DNA of 64,000 bases from Thermoplasmata archaeon (GTDB lineage: Archaea > Thermoplasmatota > Thermoplasmata > Thermoplasmatales > ARK-15): the NCBI GenBank assembly GCA_039794005.1, contig JBAMMA010000017.1, positions 124,837-188,836 on the forward strand, written 5' to 3'. Both the position numbers and the translations under genes were made by a program. The notes under the pieces were generated by a model. It had not been told where the DNA came from and did no database searches. It saw only the letters and a list, made by a program, of their open reading frames with translations. Of this stretch, positions 1-10,104 are shown piece after piece. How positions within the stretch are numbered: position 1 is the first letter of the stretch; the number at the start of each line of letters is the position of its first letter.

Positions 1-679
1 GAACTGGTGTTAAAGTTTCCGGTTTAATCATGACTTTTTTATTTAAATAATCATAATTTTCAAATGTTGTTTTTATCATTTTATCCATCATTATAACGGA
101 ATTTTCGTCTACATATCTATCTTTATTCCAGCGATCCTCAGGTAAATATGTAATCAATTCATAAGTAAATTTTCTAGGCCTCCATGAGATTGCGGCCAAA
201 GCCCCTATTAACCCAGTCTTGTTTTTATAGGCCTTATAATGAAGGCCATTCAAATATCCCTCAACATCGTTCAAATTTACTATTTCCCTTACTGCTTTCC
301 AATATAATTTTTCACTCACCTTATCTTTTGTTATTATTATTCCAGGGGATGTTTTTTCAACATCAAATCTTGCATACCTTTCAACAATATTTGATATCGA
401 TTCCATTAAATCTTCAATATCAGGCTCTTCTTTTATTTTATAATAAGCATAAATATCTTTACCTTTTACATTCCCAATCTTTATCTTTTTACCTTTTCCT
501 ATTCCTAATCTAATGGCTATAGCTGCATTCCCCCTGGTTTTCCAGGGAACATTTGGATTCAACCTTACAAGTCTTGGAAGTCCAATGAAATCTAGTTTGG
601 TTTCCTCTGCAATCTTTATAGTAATATATGTAGTACACATTCCTTCTGGACCATCTGTATCATCTATGCCTACCCACAT
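1..679 (-). CDS. tiaS: tRNA(Ile2) agmatinylcytidine synthetase TiaS (5' part; runs off window start)
   Basis: Hand translation from ATG 679: MWVGIDDTDGPEGMCTTY...RLNPNVPWKTRGNAAI...GLIGALAAI, open to window edge; missing from ORF track because it has no stop in the window. Confidence 0.93.
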   Translation of the reverse strand, partial: MWVGIDDTDGPEGMCTTYITIKIAEETKLDFIGLPRLVRLNPNVPWKTRGNAAIAIRLGIGKGKKIKIGNVKGKDIYAYYKIKEEPDIEDLMESISNIVERYARFDVEKTSPGIIITKDKVSEKLYWKAVREIVNLNDVEGYLNGLHYKAYKNKTGLIGALAAISWRPRKFTYELITYLPEDRWNKDRYVDENSVIMMDKMIKTTFENYDYLNKKVMIKPETLTPV

Positions 680-735
680 TTTATTAAAATTAATAGTTGT
701 AAAATTTATAATTTACTCTTTTTATTATAAATATA

Positions 736-984
736 ATGATAAGTGAAATATTGGCAGGAGTTCAATTCATTCTATCTCTATTTTTTACAATAATTTCCCT
801 TAGGTCATTCATAATTAGGAAGGATATGAAATATGGATTTTTCTTGGTATCTATGTTATCTTTTATGATTGAATCGATATTAATTTTATATAATTACACG
901 TTTCAATATTTAACTCCAATATGGTGTTTAATTTCATTTAACCTGGTAATCATGGTATTTCTATTCCTATCCTTGGTAAGGTGA
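736..984 (+). CDS. small 3-TM membrane protein, paired with downstream wHTH regulator
   Basis: 82 aa, three hydrophobic segments, 4 nt upstream of HTH gene. Confidence 0.7.
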   Translation: MISEILAGVQFILSLFFTIISLRSFIIRKDMKYGFFLVSMLSFMIESILILYNYTFQYLTPIWCLISFNLVIMVFLFLSLVR

Positions 985-988
985 TCAC

Positions 989-1507
989 TTGGTATTGGAC
1001 TTAGAGAGTAGAAGGAGGATTTACGAAGCAATAGAAAAAAATCCTGGAATACATTTCAGAGAATTATTGAAAATGCTAAATATTAATACGGGAGAATTAC
1101 AGTACCATTTGGGAGTCTTGATTAAAAATAATTTAATTTCAGAAAAAGAAGTAAACAACATGAAGGTATATTTTCCAACCAAAATGCCAAACCAGAGAAT
1201 GAAAGATGTTTTACCATATCTTAGAAATTATATAACAAAGGCAATTATAATAAATATTGCGATGAATCCTGGAATTAGCCAAAAAGAATTATACAATAAT
1301 ATTAAGGCATCAAACAAAACAATAGCTAGCAATATTTTAAAATTAAAGGAAAGAAAAATAATAAAGGAAGAATTTATAAATAACCTTTGTAAATATTATT
1401 TATATGATGAAGATTTAATAGTAAATACACTTGTGACTTACAAAGAATCACTTTTCGATGAACTCGTACAAAAATTCATAGAATTTATGGAGAAAAATGA
1501 AAAATGA
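989..1507 (+). CDS. winged helix-turn-helix transcriptional regulator (double wHTH)
   Basis: RRRIYEAIEKNPGIHFREL...GELQYHL and second NPGISQKEL unit. Confidence 0.85.
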   Translation: MVLDLESRRRIYEAIEKNPGIHFRELLKMLNINTGELQYHLGVLIKNNLISEKEVNNMKVYFPTKMPNQRMKDVLPYLRNYITKAIIINIAMNPGISQKELYNNIKASNKTIASNILKLKERKIIKEEFINNLCKYYLYDEDLIVNTLVTYKESLFDELVQKFIEFMEKNEK

Positions 1508-1565
1508 TTATTTAAATGATAAATAAAAAAAGAAATTTTTTATATTTATACATTATTATTACTAC

Positions 1566-3017
1566 ATGTTTATTGAAAAATTTTCGGAAATTAGAATTGG
1601 GTATACTTTTGATGATGTATTGTTAATACCATCAAAAACAGAGGTAGATCCAAAGGATGTAAATACAGAAACTAAGCTAACAAGGAACATAAAATTAAAG
1701 ATACCGATAGTGAGTTCTCCCATGGATACTGTAACAGGACCTGAAATGGCAATAGCTATGGCGAGATTGGGTGGAATAGGAATAATTCATAGAAATCAGA
1801 GCATTGAGAGTGAAAGAGAGAGTGTTAGAAAAGTCAAAAGGGAGGAAAGCACAATAATAAGGGATGTTTTTACAGTTTCTCCTGATGATACGATAAAGAA
1901 TGTTTTAAAATATATGAGAGAGAAGAACATAACAGGATTTCCGGTTATGAAAAACGGTGTTTTGGTGGGTATAATCACAGACAGAGATGTGAGATTTTTG
2001 AAAAATCATGATATTAAAGTTGAAGATGTTATGACTAAAAATGTTATTACTGGTAAAGAGGGAATAACGCTTGACGAGGCTTTGGAAATAATGCAAAGAA
2101 ATAAAATTGAAAAGTTACCAATAACAGATGAAAATGGAAAGTTGACAGGATTAATAACAGCTAAGGATATATTAAAGAGAAAAACATATCCAGATGCAGT
2201 CAGAGATGACGATGGGAGACTTCTCGTTGGGGCTGCAGTTGGACCATTTGATGTTAATAGGGCAAAGGTTTTGGAGGAGGGAGGGGCAGATGTACTTGTG
2301 ATAGATACGGCACATGCACATAATAAGAAGGTAATGGAAGGCATAAAAGAGATTAGAAAAAGTGTAAATATTGATATTATTGCCGGGAATATAGCAACAT
2401 CCTCGGCGGCTGAAGATTTAATATCTCTTGAGGTGGATGCTCTCAGGGTGGGAATTGGCCCTGGATCAATATGCACAACAAGAATAGTTGCAGGGGTAGG
2501 AGTTCCACAGTTAACGGCTATTTCTGATGTTGCAGAGGTTGCAGAAAAATATGGTATTCCCATAATTGCAGATGGAGGTATTAGATATTCTGGGGACATT
2601 GTAAAAGCATTAGGTGCTGGAGCACATACAGTAATGTTGGGAAATTTATTGGCTGGAACTGACGAGGCACCGGGTGAAGAAATAACAATTGGAGGAAGAA
2701 AATATAAAACTTATAGAGGCATGGGCTCACTGGGAGTAATACAAAAAGGTATTTCAGACAGATATGGAAAAATTGGTGAGACAAAATATGTACCTGAAGG
2801 TGTTGAAGGTGCAGTACCATATAAAGGTAAGGTTGAAGATGTAATATATCAATTGGTTGGAGGCCTTAAATCAGGCATGGGTTATGTTGGGGCAAAGAAT
2901 ATAGAAGATCTGAGAAAGAACACAAAGTTCATCAGAATGACCGGGGAAGGCCTTAGGGAATCACATCCACATGATATTATGATAATTACAGAATCTCCAA
3001 ATTATCCAAGATTATGA
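1566..3017 (+). CDS. guaB: IMP dehydrogenase with CBS pair
   Basis: TFDDVLL, SSPMDTV, GIGPGSICTT catalytic Cys, YRGMGS. Confidence 0.97.
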   Translation: MFIEKFSEIRIGYTFDDVLLIPSKTEVDPKDVNTETKLTRNIKLKIPIVSSPMDTVTGPEMAIAMARLGGIGIIHRNQSIESERESVRKVKREESTIIRDVFTVSPDDTIKNVLKYMREKNITGFPVMKNGVLVGIITDRDVRFLKNHDIKVEDVMTKNVITGKEGITLDEALEIMQRNKIEKLPITDENGKLTGLITAKDILKRKTYPDAVRDDDGRLLVGAAVGPFDVNRAKVLEEGGADVLVIDTAHAHNKKVMEGIKEIRKSVNIDIIAGNIATSSAAEDLISLEVDALRVGIGPGSICTTRIVAGVGVPQLTAISDVAEVAEKYGIPIIADGGIRYSGDIVKALGAGAHTVMLGNLLAGTDEAPGEEITIGGRKYKTYRGMGSLGVIQKGISDRYGKIGETKYVPEGVEGAVPYKGKVEDVIYQLVGGLKSGMGYVGAKNIEDLRKNTKFIRMTGEGLRESHPHDIMIITESPNYPRL

Positions 3018-4834
3018 AAAATAAAATTTTTTATAAAGCATTTATTATTTTAATAATTTTCATAATGTTTTCAGAAACATACATAAATATTAATTTATAT
3101 ATAAAAAACAATAATAAAATTTTTAAAAATTTAAATTTAAATGTTTCAAATTTTTCTGTATATTATGGAAGCGTAAACGATAGCATTATAAATTACTTAA
3201 ATAAATATGATTTGGTTATATTGCAACATTGGGCAGTTTCTTCATATAATCTCTCAAAAATTAAAGCGATAAAGATTGCTTACATCGATCTTGGGGAATA
3301 TGATAACTCTACATATCCAAACTGTACAATAAATCTTACAGGAATTGTGATTGGTTATGACAATCAATGGAATCAACCAATTGTTAATGTTTCTTCACAA
3401 AAATGGATAAACTATACAATTTGCAGGGTAAAATATGACATAAAATTAGGTTTTAATGGAGTTATGTTTGATGATTTGGATGTTGTAGAGGAGTATCCTT
3501 GGGAGGCAAGTGGATTTATTAAGATAATTTCACTCATAAGGCAAGAGTTCAAAAATATATACATTGGTATAAATAGAGGATTTGAACTAATTAAAAACGT
3601 TTCTGAATACATTAATTTTGTATTATACGAAGATTTTGGTACATATTATAATTTTAATTCCAATGGATATAATTTTTTGAACTTTTCACAATTGGAAAAT
3701 TTAAGTAATAATATAAATGAAATAAAATCATACGGAATTCAGGTTCTTGCACTTGGATATTCCCCTGCAGACTGCAACTATTATACATATTTTGATAGTT
3801 ATATTGCTAATAAATTAAATGTGCCTTTGTATATAGGTAATTGGAATTTAACATCTTTATATAATCAATGCAATTTTACATTTAATCTTTATGAAATCAT
3901 GAAAAATTACAATGAGATGATAGTGGAACAGGCAAATTATATATTGAATTCCCAGCTGGATGATGGAGCAATTAAAATATCAATAAATAGCAATAAAATA
4001 ATACCATACATTTCGAATATCGCTTCGATTGGCCTTATATATGCTTACGAATTGACTGGAAATGAAAGTTATTTAAATTCTGCTAAGAAATGGATTGAAT
4101 GGTATTCCATTCACCAAAATATAAATAAAGATAATGAAGGCATAGTCGGAACAATATATAATTATAACATTTCAAATGGTTTAGAATTATCAACAAATTA
4201 TTACAATAGTAGCGATTCATACGCCGCCACATTTTTAATATTAATATATGATTATTACAATTTGACAGGAAACATAACCTTCATTAAAGAGGAGTATAAA
4301 AATATAAAACTCGCTTTAAATGCAATATTTTATACTATGGATAATAATTCAACCTATGCTAAGCCAAATTTAAAAGTAAAATATCTAATTGATAATTCTG
4401 AGGTTTATTTGGCTCTGCATGATTCAGCAAAAATTTTCAAATTGTTCAACGTTTCATATTCAAATTATTTAAATAACATATCAAACTCTGTTAAATACAA
4501 TATTTTAAATTACTTTTTAATAAATAACACATTTTTCGATTGGTCTATTAATGGTACAATAAACATTTCTAATTATTATCCCGATATTAACGCAAATTAT
4601 TGGCCTATAATTTTTGGTGTGATTAAATGGAATTCATCAATATCAAATAACATTTTCAATTTTTTATTAAACGTTTCATATTATAATCAGGCCATTAATA
4701 TAACAAATTTAGACCTGTCAGCAGCATACTATTCAACAATCATGGGTCGCAACAATATATCCCAAATTATCATAAACAGTATTTTATCAATGGGAAATTA
4801 CACAAATTGCTGGAATGTTGAGGATAGTTCCTAG
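3014..4834 (+). CDS. secreted glycosidase-like protein: GH114/PelA-like TIM barrel + alpha/alpha-barrel domain; ends at an internal TAG
   Basis: N-terminal hydrophobic signal; AYIDLGE, GFNGVMFDDLD, NRGFEL, LYEDF motifs; DSYAATFL and TYAKP..KYLIDNSEVY in second domain. Confidence 0.7.
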   Translation: MKNKIFYKAFIILIIFIMFSETYININLYIKNNNKIFKNLNLNVSNFSVYYGSVNDSIINYLNKYDLVILQHWAVSSYNLSKIKAIKIAYIDLGEYDNSTYPNCTINLTGIVIGYDNQWNQPIVNVSSQKWINYTICRVKYDIKLGFNGVMFDDLDVVEEYPWEASGFIKIISLIRQEFKNIYIGINRGFELIKNVSEYINFVLYEDFGTYYNFNSNGYNFLNFSQLENLSNNINEIKSYGIQVLALGYSPADCNYYTYFDSYIANKLNVPLYIGNWNLTSLYNQCNFTFNLYEIMKNYNEMIVEQANYILNSQLDDGAIKISINSNKIIPYISNIASIGLIYAYELTGNESYLNSAKKWIEWYSIHQNINKDNEGIVGTIYNYNISNGLELSTNYYNSSDSYAATFLILIYDYYNLTGNITFIKEEYKNIKLALNAIFYTMDNNSTYAKPNLKVKYLIDNSEVYLALHDSAKIFKLFNVSYSNYLNNISNSVKYNILNYFLINNTFFDWSINGTINISNYYPDINANYWPIIFGVIKWNSSISNNIFNFLLNVSYYNQAINITNLDLSAAYYSTIMGRNNISQIIINSILSMGNYTNCWNVEDSS

Positions 4835-4918
4835 ATAATTCAATCATACTTTTTAATAAAACCCGATAATACCGTTATAAAATCTTTTAATTTAAAATAT
4901 TTTAAAAATATATTAATC

Positions 4919-5656
4919 TTGAATTTGACCATTTTAAAAAATAACAACTCAAAAATTTTAATCTATATTCCGTGGAATTTTTATTTGTATTCAAATTGTA
5001 ACTATTCAAATGAAAAATTTAACAATGATAGTTATATTGATATAAATAATTTTGATTCAAATAACATTTCATTGTATTACTTTTTCAATAACAATGAAAA
5101 ATATATGATAAAAATAATTGAAAATGGTATAAAAAACAAATCATGGGGTGTGATAATAAATAATAAAATTTTTTATTCAAATAATAATTCTATAATTATT
5201 TATTTGCCGGCTGGGTTATATAAATATTCCATAATACCTGAAAATGGTTTTTATGTTATGAATGCAACCGGTTATTTACTGTTATTTAAAAACGATACCA
5301 TCTATGTTAATTTTATAAAAACATTATACTATTATAATGTAACTTTTATATTGAATGGATCAGAAAATTTAACATGGTATATTAAGATAAATAATATGAC
5401 ATATGAAGTAAAAAATATATCAATTACATTAAGGGAAATTAATGGAACCTATTTTTATTCCATAATTCCACCAGATGGATATATTGTCAATAAAACAAAT
5501 GGTGTTTTTATCGTTAATGGAAGCGATATTATAATTACATTGGAAATTAAAAAGGTGGAGAATTATAATTATTTATATTGTATTTTAATATTTTTTGTAA
5601 TTTTATTATCTTTAATTTTTATAATTAAAAGAATTAAGTTAGGAAGAGGCCCTTAA
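4919..5656 (+). CDS. C-terminal continuation (beta-sandwich repeats + membrane anchor) of the 3014 gene; same frame after TAG at 4832-4834
   Basis: 28 open codons (4835-4918) link the TAG to this ORF in frame; W-x-V-x-IN...NGTYxY repeats; C-terminal TM + basic tail. Confidence 0.7.
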   Translation: MNLTILKNNNSKILIYIPWNFYLYSNCNYSNEKFNNDSYIDINNFDSNNISLYYFFNNNEKYMIKIIENGIKNKSWGVIINNKIFYSNNNSIIIYLPAGLYKYSIIPENGFYVMNATGYLLLFKNDTIYVNFIKTLYYYNVTFILNGSENLTWYIKINNMTYEVKNISITLREINGTYFYSIIPPDGYIVNKTNGVFIVNGSDIIITLEIKKVENYNYLYCILIFFVILLSLIFIIKRIKLGRGP

Positions 5657-6266
5657 TTCCTTCCACTACAAATTCCACCGCCATTGCTGCCAATATAAGT
5701 CCCAAAATCCTGGAAAGTATTTGGTTACCAGTTTTACCTAAATATTTAAAGAAAAATTCTGAAAAGTATAATAATATATATGATATTGCCATCGTTAATA
5801 AAATTGATACTACAACTAATGAAATTTCAAAATAATTTGTACTTTTTTCTGTTATGTATATAATTACAGTTGTGATGGCACCAGGACCTGCCAAAAGTGG
5901 AACTCCTAGAGGTACTACGCCTATTGATTCTCTCTCTTCAATTTCCTGTCTTTCGGATTCTGAAAGTCTAGATCTTGTATACTTACCATGCATCATATCG
6001 AATGCAATTTTAAACAGAAGTAGACCGCCAGCAATTTTAAAAACGTAAACATTTATGTTGAATATTGCAAATATGACATTTCCCCCAAAACCGAATATCA
6101 ATAAAACAGCAAATGCAACCAGAATGCTGTTTTTTAATATTTTCAGTTTTTCTTCTCTTGGCATATTTTGTGTCATTGTAAAGAAAAATGGTATTGAACC
6201 AAAGGGATTTACTACTGAAAATATTGCAACGAAACTGGATATAAAAAATACTAGATCAAATACCAC
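5634..6266 (-). CDS. MarC family membrane protein
   Basis: VVNPFG, IAGGLLLF, VPLGVPLLAGPGAITT, RILGLILAAMAV. Confidence 0.93.
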   Translation of the reverse strand: MVFDLVFFISSFVAIFSVVNPFGSIPFFFTMTQNMPREEKLKILKNSILVAFAVLLIFGFGGNVIFAIFNINVYVFKIAGGLLLFKIAFDMMHGKYTRSRLSESERQEIEERESIGVVPLGVPLLAGPGAITTVIIYITEKSTNYFEISLVVVSILLTMAISYILLYFSEFFFKYLGKTGNQILSRILGLILAAMAVEFVVEGIKGLFLT

Positions 6267-6412
6267 AAAGAAGAATTGAAAATTTATTATTTAAATGTTC
6301 TTTTCATTTATTTTCGTCCCCGCTTTTTGTTTCATTTGACTGCTGTACCTGACCTTAAGGCAGATTCCCCAGATGTAGAATGTACATGTTGAAATAGGGT
6401 GTTCCGAGGAAT

Positions 6413-7480
6413 ATGTTTGTTGCAGCTGGATCGACGGAGACTTCAGCAAAGATAAATGGAAATTTCAATATCAAGATCCTAGATTCATTATATTCTTCCA
6501 GCTTATCTTTAATCCAGGGTTATTCAGTATTAAATGCTGGAAATTATTATATAAATACAACGATGACACCGCTCCACGGACAGAATGTTAATCCTGACGG
6601 GGCTGGAATAATTCTTGCAGTTTATGTTTTTTCACCATCATATTTTTATTTACCAAGCAAATATAATGTGAATTTTGTTGAATCCGGCCTCCCTGCTGGA
6701 ACAACCTGGACCGTAACCCTGAATAACATAACACAATCATCCCAGAACAATGTAATACAGTTTACAGAATACAATGGATCATATCAGTACAGAATATCCA
6801 TGGCAAATGGAATGACACCAAATCCCGGATATGGGAATATTTTTGTGAACGGCTCATCATTGAACGTATCAATAGAATTCATGCCACCGGGAAAATATAT
6901 GGTAACATTCCAACCGGAAGGTCTGAATCCAAATGATGAGTATTCGGTAACAATTGATAATTCAACACATAATGCATTTGGAAATCAAACAATAATATTT
7001 TCTCTGATTAACGGGACGTACAGCTATAAAATAGTAATGCCTTCAGGTTATATCGTATATCCACAATCTGGAATTGTATCTGTATCGGGTAAGAATGTTG
7101 TTATAAAGATATTCTTTATGCCTAAACAATACCGTATAACCATTATTGAAAACGGTCTTCCACCTGGGACTTTATGGTGGGTAACTTTCAAAGGACAGAA
7201 TTATACTTCAACATCACAGGAGATAAATATTTCTGCCTCGGACGGAAATTATGCAATTTATTTTTCATCACCTCAGGGATATGAACCGGACAAAAATTAT
7301 ATCTCTGTTGATATAAACAATTCCAACTCTACGGTTAAAGTTTCATATTCATACATATCACCATCAAATATAAGTTTCCTGAATTCACCAACATATCTTC
7401 TTGTAATCTCATTATTATTATTTACAGTACTCACACTTTTTTTATATGTGATTTTTAGAGGTGTTAAGAATGTCCTATAA
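6413..7480 (+). CDS. membrane-anchored surface protein with three thermopsin-associated-type beta-sandwich repeats (probably 5'-truncated)
   Basis: Repeats V-x-F-x-E-x-GLP-x-G-x-x-W-x-VT...NGxY; C-terminal TM; no signal peptide. Confidence 0.75.
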   Translation: MFVAAGSTETSAKINGNFNIKILDSLYSSSLSLIQGYSVLNAGNYYINTTMTPLHGQNVNPDGAGIILAVYVFSPSYFYLPSKYNVNFVESGLPAGTTWTVTLNNITQSSQNNVIQFTEYNGSYQYRISMANGMTPNPGYGNIFVNGSSLNVSIEFMPPGKYMVTFQPEGLNPNDEYSVTIDNSTHNAFGNQTIIFSLINGTYSYKIVMPSGYIVYPQSGIVSVSGKNVVIKIFFMPKQYRITIIENGLPPGTLWWVTFKGQNYTSTSQEINISASDGNYAIYFSSPQGYEPDKNYISVDINNSNSTVKVSYSYISPSNISFLNSPTYLLVISLLLFTVLTLFLYVIFRGVKNVL

Positions 7481-8514
7481 TCCGATGAATAAAAATGTAA
7501 AACTAAGATCCAAGGAAAAAATGATAAAAAATGGAATACTATTGATTGCAATAGGTTTAATTTTTTCAGCTATACCATATTTGGGTTCCGTTTTGACTAT
7601 CCTTATCCTTATTGGATTTATTTACATATTAATAGGATACAGGAATCATTCTCAAGCATACGCGAAAATAGCAAAATATGCATTTGTTTTATTTCTAGTA
7701 GCAATTGTTCTGGAAATAATAGGTGCATCTTATGACCTTTCTCTTCTTTTTGGACTGAACAATGTGAGCTCAATTTCTTATGGAAAAATAATATCATTTT
7801 TTGGATCCCTTCATTTTCTTTGTTGTTTTATCCTACATTTTTCTGGGTGCTTCAATGTTTATGGTTCTATATCCAGTTTTTCCAAAAAAATCTTACGTAC
7901 TTCTTTGGATCATATTTCTCATTACATTCTTAATTATACTTTCTATAGGATATGAACAGATGTCAACCCTGAACACTATGTACTATCAGAACCTGACACT
8001 GAACAACGTTGGCGTTTTAAACTCTGTTGTAGGAAACATTGAAGGTTCCGCAGCACTGTTCAATATATTGTGGGCAATAATGTTCTTTCTCGGTTATGTT
8101 TTTGCAAAGAGGAAATTTTCCACATTAAATTATGGAAATGTTTCTAAGGGTCAGGTTCACCAGACAAATAAATGCCCGAACTGCGGGGCAGAAAATCCAA
8201 TAGAGGCAAAGCACTGTATGAAATGTGGTATGCCACTTGCACCCATTTTTGGAGGGCAGGGAATCAGGTGCCCGAACTGCGGTTTAACAAATCCACCAAA
8301 CGTTCAAAATTGCATAGTGTGCGGATATCCTCTGTACAACCAAAATAATTTGCAAGGAAATATCCAGACACAGAATAATAGCCAAGGATATTTTTCATCA
8401 TATAGTAATCAGGGAACCGATAATCAGAATAATTACATTACATGTCCAAACTGTGGATATTTAAATCCACCAGAAGCAACATACTGTCTTAAATGCGGCT
8501 ATAGGCTTAAATAA
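7470..8514 (+). pseudogene. multi-TM protein with three C-terminal zinc-ribbon units, split by a +1 frameshift in a T6 run at 7797-7802
   Basis: ORFs 7461..7955 and 7801..8514 join if one T is removed (TCA TTT TTG GAT CCC); three CPNC-x10-CxxC units; GAGGTG before ATG 7470. Confidence 0.7.
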
Positions 8515-9395
8515 TCATTACTTTTTTATATAAAATTTATTAATTATCAGAAAATCATGCTGATTAAAACCCAACTATTTATTTTTAAACAAACTATTTT
8601 GTTTTATTCAGTATTTTAATAAAATTTCAATATCTTTATATTTATAAATCATGATCCTTGAAAATATTAAAAGAATATCACAGAAACTATATTTTCCATA
8701 TTATATAATCAGTACATAAAATAAAACAATTTCAATATAAAAGCATTTCAAAAGAAAATAAATTAGATCTTAAACAATTAGATTCATAGAATTCTGAGAT
8801 AATGAATAAAGGCAGGAAAAATTGGCTGGATTGAAAGAGAATAATGGTAAAAATATACAGAATATGGACTAATTTGAATAATAAAATGGATTACGTTGCA
8901 ACAGATGATGATAAATTAAGGCTTATAATTCAATTTAGAGGATATGAAAATACCAAAACGTGAATTATTAAATGAATTAATAAAAGAAATAAAAAATACG
9001 TAAAACAATTAAAAGAAAAAAGCAAACAATTTACATTATCAGTAGATTGAAAAGACTACCGAAAGAGTGAATTTTAGAAATAAAAAAAATTGATAAATAT
9101 AAGGAAAAGGGTAAAATAAAGATAGTAAAACGAAAAATTGGAAAGTCTAATTTTTTCATTAAAATATTTAAAGAAATATTTTGATATGCGGGAAGAAGTA
9201 GTAAAATATTACAATTACTAAATGATTAATATTAGACGTATGAAGATATAATAATAATTTAGAGACAGGGAAAAGTTAAATGAATATGATGCTTTAAAAT
9301 AAAGAATAAGGGGATAAAAAATAAAACGATTTTTTGATATTATATATTTCATTAAAATTCGATAAAGTTAAATTTATGAATTTATATTAATAATT

Positions 9396-10103
9396 ATGTG
9401 GAATAAAAAGACTGAAAAATTGTATTTGGATGATTCCTATTTAAAAGAGTTCAATTCTAAAGTTTTAGAATATAGAGAAAATGAAATATTGCTTGAGAAA
9501 ACAGCATTCTATCCAGAGGGAGGAGGGCAACCTTCTGATAAAGGAAAAATATTTACAAATTTAGAATACAACGTTATTAATGTTTATAAAGATAATGATG
9601 CGGTTATACATGTATTAGACAAACCATTCGATGGTTCTGAAGAGGTGAAAGGAATAATAGATTGGAATTTAAGATATTTACATATGAGGCATCACACAGC
9701 AATACATATCTTAAGTGGTATTTTTTATAATAAATATAAAGCGAAGATTACTGGTTCCCAAATATATCCAGATCGTGCGAGAATGGATATAAACTATGAG
9801 TTGAAAAGGGATGAAATACCAGAAATAGAAAATTTAGCGAATGAAATAGTTAAAAACGATTATGAAATAAAAATTTATTATATTGATAAAAAGGACTTTA
9901 ACGATAATCTTGTAAGAGTAAGAGAAGACCTACTTCCAGATGTTGATAAAATTAGAATTGTTGAAATATCAAATTTTGACATGCAGGCTGATGGTGGAAC
10001 CCATGTGAAAAGAACGTCTGAAGTGGGGAAAATAAGAATTTCAAAATATGAAAATAAAGGAAAAAATAATAAAAGAATATACATAACATTAGAAAAAGAT
10101 TAG
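9396..10103 (+). CDS. alaXM: alanyl-tRNA editing protein AlaX-M
   Basis: FYPEGGGQPSD, HTAIH, DGGTHV zinc-site motifs. Confidence 0.9.
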   Translation: MWNKKTEKLYLDDSYLKEFNSKVLEYRENEILLEKTAFYPEGGGQPSDKGKIFTNLEYNVINVYKDNDAVIHVLDKPFDGSEEVKGIIDWNLRYLHMRHHTAIHILSGIFYNKYKAKITGSQIYPDRARMDINYELKRDEIPEIENLANEIVKNDYEIKIYYIDKKDFNDNLVRVREDLLPDVDKIRIVEISNFDMQADGGTHVKRTSEVGKIRISKYENKGKNNKRIYITLEKD

Positions 10104-10104
10104 A

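Noticed and set aside
184-746. Plus-strand ORFs 184..513 and 513..746
   Set aside because: Antisense shadows of tiaS, which is clearly coded on the minus strand.
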